Notes under the pieces: generated by a model
Seen by the model: only the letters and a program-made list of their open reading frames with translations
Told to the model about the DNA's origin: nothing
Database searches by the model: none
Shown: positions 60,207 to 64,000 of the stretch, piece by piece
Layout: each line of letters begins with the position of its first letter
Numbering within the stretch: position 1 is the first letter of the stretch
Made by a program: the position numbers and the translations under genes
Virus record (IMG/VR): IMGVR_UViG_3300046167_000798
Length of the DNA stretch: 64,000 nt
From: a virus
Taxonomy: Duplodnaviria; Caudoviricetes
Strand: one strand, 5' to 3'

Positions 60207-63200
60207 TTAATCAACTTCTAAAATTGGTTCTCCACTACCTCTTCCACTATCAGAAACTCTCAATGTATTAGGATTCGTAGTAAATGTTACAACAGGTGAA
60301 CCACCATCTAAAGTTGTTTTACTTGTTTGTGATGAACCATTAAAAAATGAATTTTCCAATCCACTTGTTAAATCACCAACGTTACTATAATGTGTTTCAA
60401 AATTACCATCTAATGGAGTAACTTGTACTATGTTTCCTGCTACGACTGGGTCAGTTGTTTCACTTCCATCTGAACCTGTGAATGGTAATATATTTACAAA
60501 TTGTTTGTATTTAGTTATAGAAACAAATTCTCTTCCCAATGATTCATCACTTGAATTTATATTCTGTGGTACATCTTCTGAATAAGATTCTTTTAATAAA
60601 AATACTTTTACTCTATCTTTTACGAAATTATTATTTTTATCTAATCGTGTTCTAATAGAATGAGAATCTTTTCCATATAATCCAAATCCTAATCTTGATA
60701 ATGATTCAGCACCCATTCCTATTTGTTGATACGCAGTTGAATCATACGCACCTTGTACTGAACCAGTAAATTGTGCATCTACACTAATACTAATACCACC
60801 CATATCAGAACCACTATTTACTGTGATAAATCCTGTCTGATTTATATCATCAGAAGCGGTTACTTCTGATTCATATACATCATATGAACTTGTAACAATT
60901 ACATCATCTGATGCAGTTACTTCTGCATTAAATGTATTTGTATTACTAACAAGAGAAACTTCTTGTGATGAAGTTATACTTGCTAATATCATATGATTAT
61001 CAGAAGTGATAGATATATCTTCTTGAGTATCTACTTCACTATTGTATTGATTATTTTGTGCAGTAGTTGGTTTTAATTCTAATTTACTTCTTTCAAGTAT
61101 ATGTGGTTCAATTAATAATCCACTTATTACTTTCGCTCTACTTGGTATAAGTGATTCTAAAGTAGTAAATAATGATTTATCAATATATCTAACTAACTGT
61201 ATGTACTCTTGGAAATTTAAATTATATCTATCAAAATAATAATTTCTAAGATTTTTTAGTTTAGTGTATGAATCTTTATAATCATCACTTGGGTCTCCAA
61301 TATAATCATCTATACTAAATGAACCAAGAGATTTCATTATATCCATATTGATTTCTTTTATAGGAGAAAAGAATAATCCTAATTTATTAGAATCAATAGG
61401 AGATTGGTCATATGATTTTTTAGTTGCTCTACTTCTATAATTTAAATTAGATTCTAATGTTTGTGTTTCAAATCTAACTTTATTTCCAAAACTAAATCCT
61501 GTTTGTGGAACTTTAGCAGTTACTGTTCTTTCGTATGGTTGATATTGATAAGGATACTCAGATACACTTAAGAAATTAGATGCGGTTGCAAACGGCTCGT
61601 AAGTGTTTATAACCGAAACATTTTTTATTTCAGTATCAGAATTTCTATCTTTTGGATATTCAAAATCCAATCTTAAAATTAAATCATCTGTTGATGAAGA
61701 AACATGGTTACCATCAATTGCATCAGGTAGTAATGTGTGATTGGTAACTACCGATTCACTCAATGGAGATGTCCATAATCTAAACTCATCTAATGAAGCA
61801 GTTAATGTGTTTCCACCAATATATAATTCACTTCCACTATCCCATGCCTTTGTAGTAGTTGTAAGTGTCGTACTTACTTCATTTCTAATTCTTCCTTGAA
61901 ATCCTTCTTTAACATATAAGTTAAAGTTATCAGATGCACTTCCACTTTCTCTTGAAACTACTATTTGAGTATATTCTTCATTAAATAATGGAGTTAGTGC
62001 TGTACTTGCAGATTCTTCACCTACTGTTAATTTTACACTTGCAAGTGAACCTGTATTTTTTATAATATCTAAAGACCAATTTGATGCACTTATTATTTGT
62101 TGGTCTTGTTTTTGATTTGTGTTTACTCTAACCTCAACTGCGTTTGGAAAAGTTGATGAGTATTCTTTCCAAGGTACTATAATAGAAGAACTACCACTAA
62201 TATTAATTGAACTAGTTCTATCTTCAAATGTAAAATCAGTTGCTGCACTTTCACTAGATACATCTTGTGGTCCACCAAATTCCATTATAGTTAATAATGA
62301 TGCAGGTACACCATAACAACTCAATGCAGCATGTACAGCTCTCTTAGTACCTTTATTTTTATATAAGTAAGGTAAGTTATTTAGTAATCTTCTCCATACT
62401 TCATTTTGTCTATCCTTACCACTCATTGATGATACTGTTGTACCATCTGAATGTTTACCAAATGCATATTCCCACAAGAATTGTGATTGTACTCCCATAT
62501 CAGCATCCCAACCAAGAGATTCTAACATATGATATACAAGTTCACTTGATACACCAATTTCTTTTTTATGTTCTGTTTTTTTAGATTGAGATACTCCTCT
62601 GATATAAGTCCATATTGTATCAAAGTGTTGTCCAATCATATCAAAGAAAAGAACATATTCACTATTTTTAAAATCATCAGTAACATGAGCGGGTAGGTTA
62701 TAACTCAATCGTGATGTATTCTGTTTATCAAATTCATGTGCACTAACAACCGCACTATCGTACCAACTTGTTACTATAGCATCACTAGATGTTATTGCAG
62801 TTCCATTTACATTAAAAGGATATGTCCATGAATTTGCATCATTTGTTGTAAACTCAGATGATGAAGTGAATAAGAATTTTTCAAATGAATCAAATCCTCT
62901 TTTTGTTTCATTTATTTTGTTTAATTGAGAATTTGCTTCATTTAATACAGATAACGAACCTGTCCATCCTGTAATACCTGAACCTGATGTTAGTTGATTA
63001 TATCTATATTCATAATTTTGAATTAATTTTACTTTATAAACAAAGTTTTCTACTCTTTCTTCAGCAGATGAGTATTTTACAAAATCTTTCCAATTATATT
63101 CTTGTATTCCTGTTTCTTTGATTATATTTCCTGAACCAGAGTATTCTTCAAAAAGGTCTGTTGAACTAGATACAAATAAAATATCAAGTTTATCTTGTGT

Positions 63201-64000
63201 AAAGTTAGAAGAAGATACAAATTGATTAACCAAATCACTAGATGTAGTTGAACCACTTGTAATTAAATCATCAAGAATTTGATATCCAATATCATCACTT
63301 ACATCTAAATCAAAATTAGGAGTAAGTGGATTACATACTTGTATAGAATTATCTACAATAGTAATCTGGTCTATAATTGGTATAGATTGTATTTTAGAAA
63401 GCCAAATAGAATCATTTACATTAACTGCTTTATCTAATGGTTCATATAATTTTAATACTACTGTTTTTTCTGTTGATACCTTAACATCTTTATTAATATC
63501 TTCCTGATATTCGTATTTAGAAAAAGTTTCTTCATCGATTCCCCAAGTTGAAACTAGTTCATTATTACCATTTCCTAAATGTAAGTAATGAGTTAAGAAT
63601 TTAGATTCATCTGATTTAAGGGAATCAACATCTACATCAGCTAAAAAGGCTTTTCTTAAATCAGCAATCAATGTACCTCTTCTAAGTTTTAAGTCTCCTT
63701 TATCAAAAGTAATATTTATTTTTTCATATTTACCTTCTGTTACTTCATTACCTTCAAGATTAGTTGGAATAAGTACTAAAGTGAATTGTACTTTATCTAT
63801 ATTCTCTTGTGGTTTATTTTTTAATTTATTTAATACATCACCTACCTTAAACTCTGCTATTCCTGATGGTTCAAATTGTCCTAATAAGTTTGAATCTTCT
63901 TTTTTATCAATATAAATCTTAACAAAGTTAGTGTTTACTGATTGCCAAGATATTTTGAAAGGAACATCATATTCTTTGAAATCAGCTCCCTTTATATTTT
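60207..64000 (-). CDS. Large baseplate wedge-like structural protein, 5' end outside window (>1260 aa)
   Basis: The frame stays open from 63671 to the window edge. MIGQHFD, WRRLLNNLPYLYKNKGTKRA..CYGVP..EFGG resemble contractile-tail baseplate wedge proteins; LamG-like middle region. Confidence 0.6.
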   Translation of the reverse strand, partial: NIKGADFKEYDVPFKISWQSVNTNFVKIYIDKKEDSNLLGQFEPSGIAEFKVGDVLNKLKNKPQENIDKVQFTLVLIPTNLEGNEVTEGKYEKINITFDKGDLKLRRGTLIADLRKAFLADVDVDSLKSDESKFLTHYLHLGNGNNELVSTWGIDEETFSKYEYQEDINKDVKVSTEKTVVLKLYEPLDKAVNVNDSIWLSKIQSIPIIDQITIVDNSIQVCNPLTPNFDLDVSDDIGYQILDDLITSGSTTSSDLVNQFVSSSNFTQDKLDILFVSSSTDLFEEYSGSGNIIKETGIQEYNWKDFVKYSSAEERVENFVYKVKLIQNYEYRYNQLTSGSGITGWTGSLSVLNEANSQLNKINETKRGFDSFEKFLFTSSSEFTTNDANSWTYPFNVNGTAITSSDAIVTSWYDSAVVSAHEFDKQNTSRLSYNLPAHVTDDFKNSEYVLFFDMIGQHFDTIWTYIRGVSQSKKTEHKKEIGVSSELVYHMLESLGWDADMGVQSQFLWEYAFGKHSDGTTVSSMSGKDRQNEVWRRLLNNLPYLYKNKGTKRAVHAALSCYGVPASLLTIMEFGGPQDVSSESAATDFTFEDRTSSINISGSSSIIVPWKEYSSTFPNAVEVRVNTNQKQDQQIISASNWSLDIIKNTGSLASVKLTVGEESASTALTPLFNEEYTQIVVSRESGSASDNFNLYVKEGFQGRIRNEVSTTLTTTTKAWDSGSELYIGGNTLTASLDEFRLWTSPLSESVVTNHTLLPDAIDGNHVSSSTDDLILRLDFEYPKDRNSDTEIKNVSVINTYEPFATASNFLSVSEYPYQYQPYERTVTAKVPQTGFSFGNKVRFETQTLESNLNYRSRATKKSYDQSPIDSNKLGLFFSPIKEINMDIMKSLGSFSIDDYIGDPSDDYKDSYTKLKNLRNYYFDRYNLNFQEYIQLVRYIDKSLFTTLESLIPSRAKVISGLLIEPHILERSKLELKPTTAQNNQYNSEVDTQEDISITSDNHMILASITSSQEVSLVSNTNTFNAEVTASDDVIVTSSYDVYESEVTASDDINQTGFITVNSGSDMGGISISVDAQFTGSVQGAYDSTAYQQIGMGAESLSRLGFGLYGKDSHSIRTRLDKNNNFVKDRVKVFLLKESYSEDVPQNINSSDESLGREFVSITKYKQFVNILPFTGSDGSETTDPVVAGNIVQVTPLDGNFETHYSNVGDLTSGLENSFFNGSSQTSKTTLDGGSPVVTFTTNPNTLRVSDSGRGSGEPILEVD

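Noticed and set aside
1502-62316. Plus-strand ORFs in the supplied track (e.g. 1502-1815, 5188-5628, 32217-32627, 47260-47640)
   Set aside because: All lie antisense to long motif-bearing minus-strand genes and have no recognisable motifs; they are shadow ORFs.
1-64000. Stop-codon reassignment (TAG or TGA), as in some Bacteroidota phages
   Set aside because: Genes are long and tightly packed under code 11, and every break requires a frame change rather than read-through.
1-64000. tRNA genes, CRISPR arrays, integrase or IS elements
   Set aside because: None was seen by eye, and intergenic gaps are nearly all under 90 nt; a tRNAscan/Infernal run would be needed for certainty.

Overview
This AT-rich 64 kb window comes from a large dsDNA tailed phage, probably contractile-tailed. 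A TAnnTTTG promoter upstream of the primase suggests a Bacteroidota host. Every credible gene but one is on the minus strand. Reading in transcription order (64000 to 1): (i) baseplate/tail-collar-like structural genes; (ii) a sulfotransferase, a GIY-YIG-like protein, DNA primase and a fused SbcD-SbcC (Mre11-Rad50/gp47-gp46-like) gene; (iii) a tiny plus-strand ribbon-helix-helix gene; (iv) a ~2840-aa tail-fibre-like protein and its assembly chaperone; (v) a ~39 kb cluster (3100-42215) of about 40 soluble sugar-nucleotide, glycosyltransferase and tailoring genes with no recognisable flippase, polymerase or priming transferase; (vi) a >1023-aa multidomain ORF that is missing from the supplied ORF track because it runs off the window edge. 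The cluster includes 7 paralogues of a GT10-like family, 3 GT7 enzymes with an inserted LamG domain, 3 SGNH-like proteins, 3 radical SAM enzymes, an amidinotransferase and split mini E1 alpha/beta genes. The edge ORF joins NMNAT-like, Zn-ribbon, basic, HD and CCA-type nucleotidyltransferase modules through [LIV]-x-E linkers that resemble prohead-protease cleavage sites. About 14 single-base indels break genes, including essential ones, and look like sequencing errors. The two best candidates for an undescribed system are a phage-encoded virion glycosylation/tailoring pathway and a capsid-packaged, protease-processed NAD/tRNA-repair polyprotein. All family assignments come from motifs read by eye; no database searches were run.
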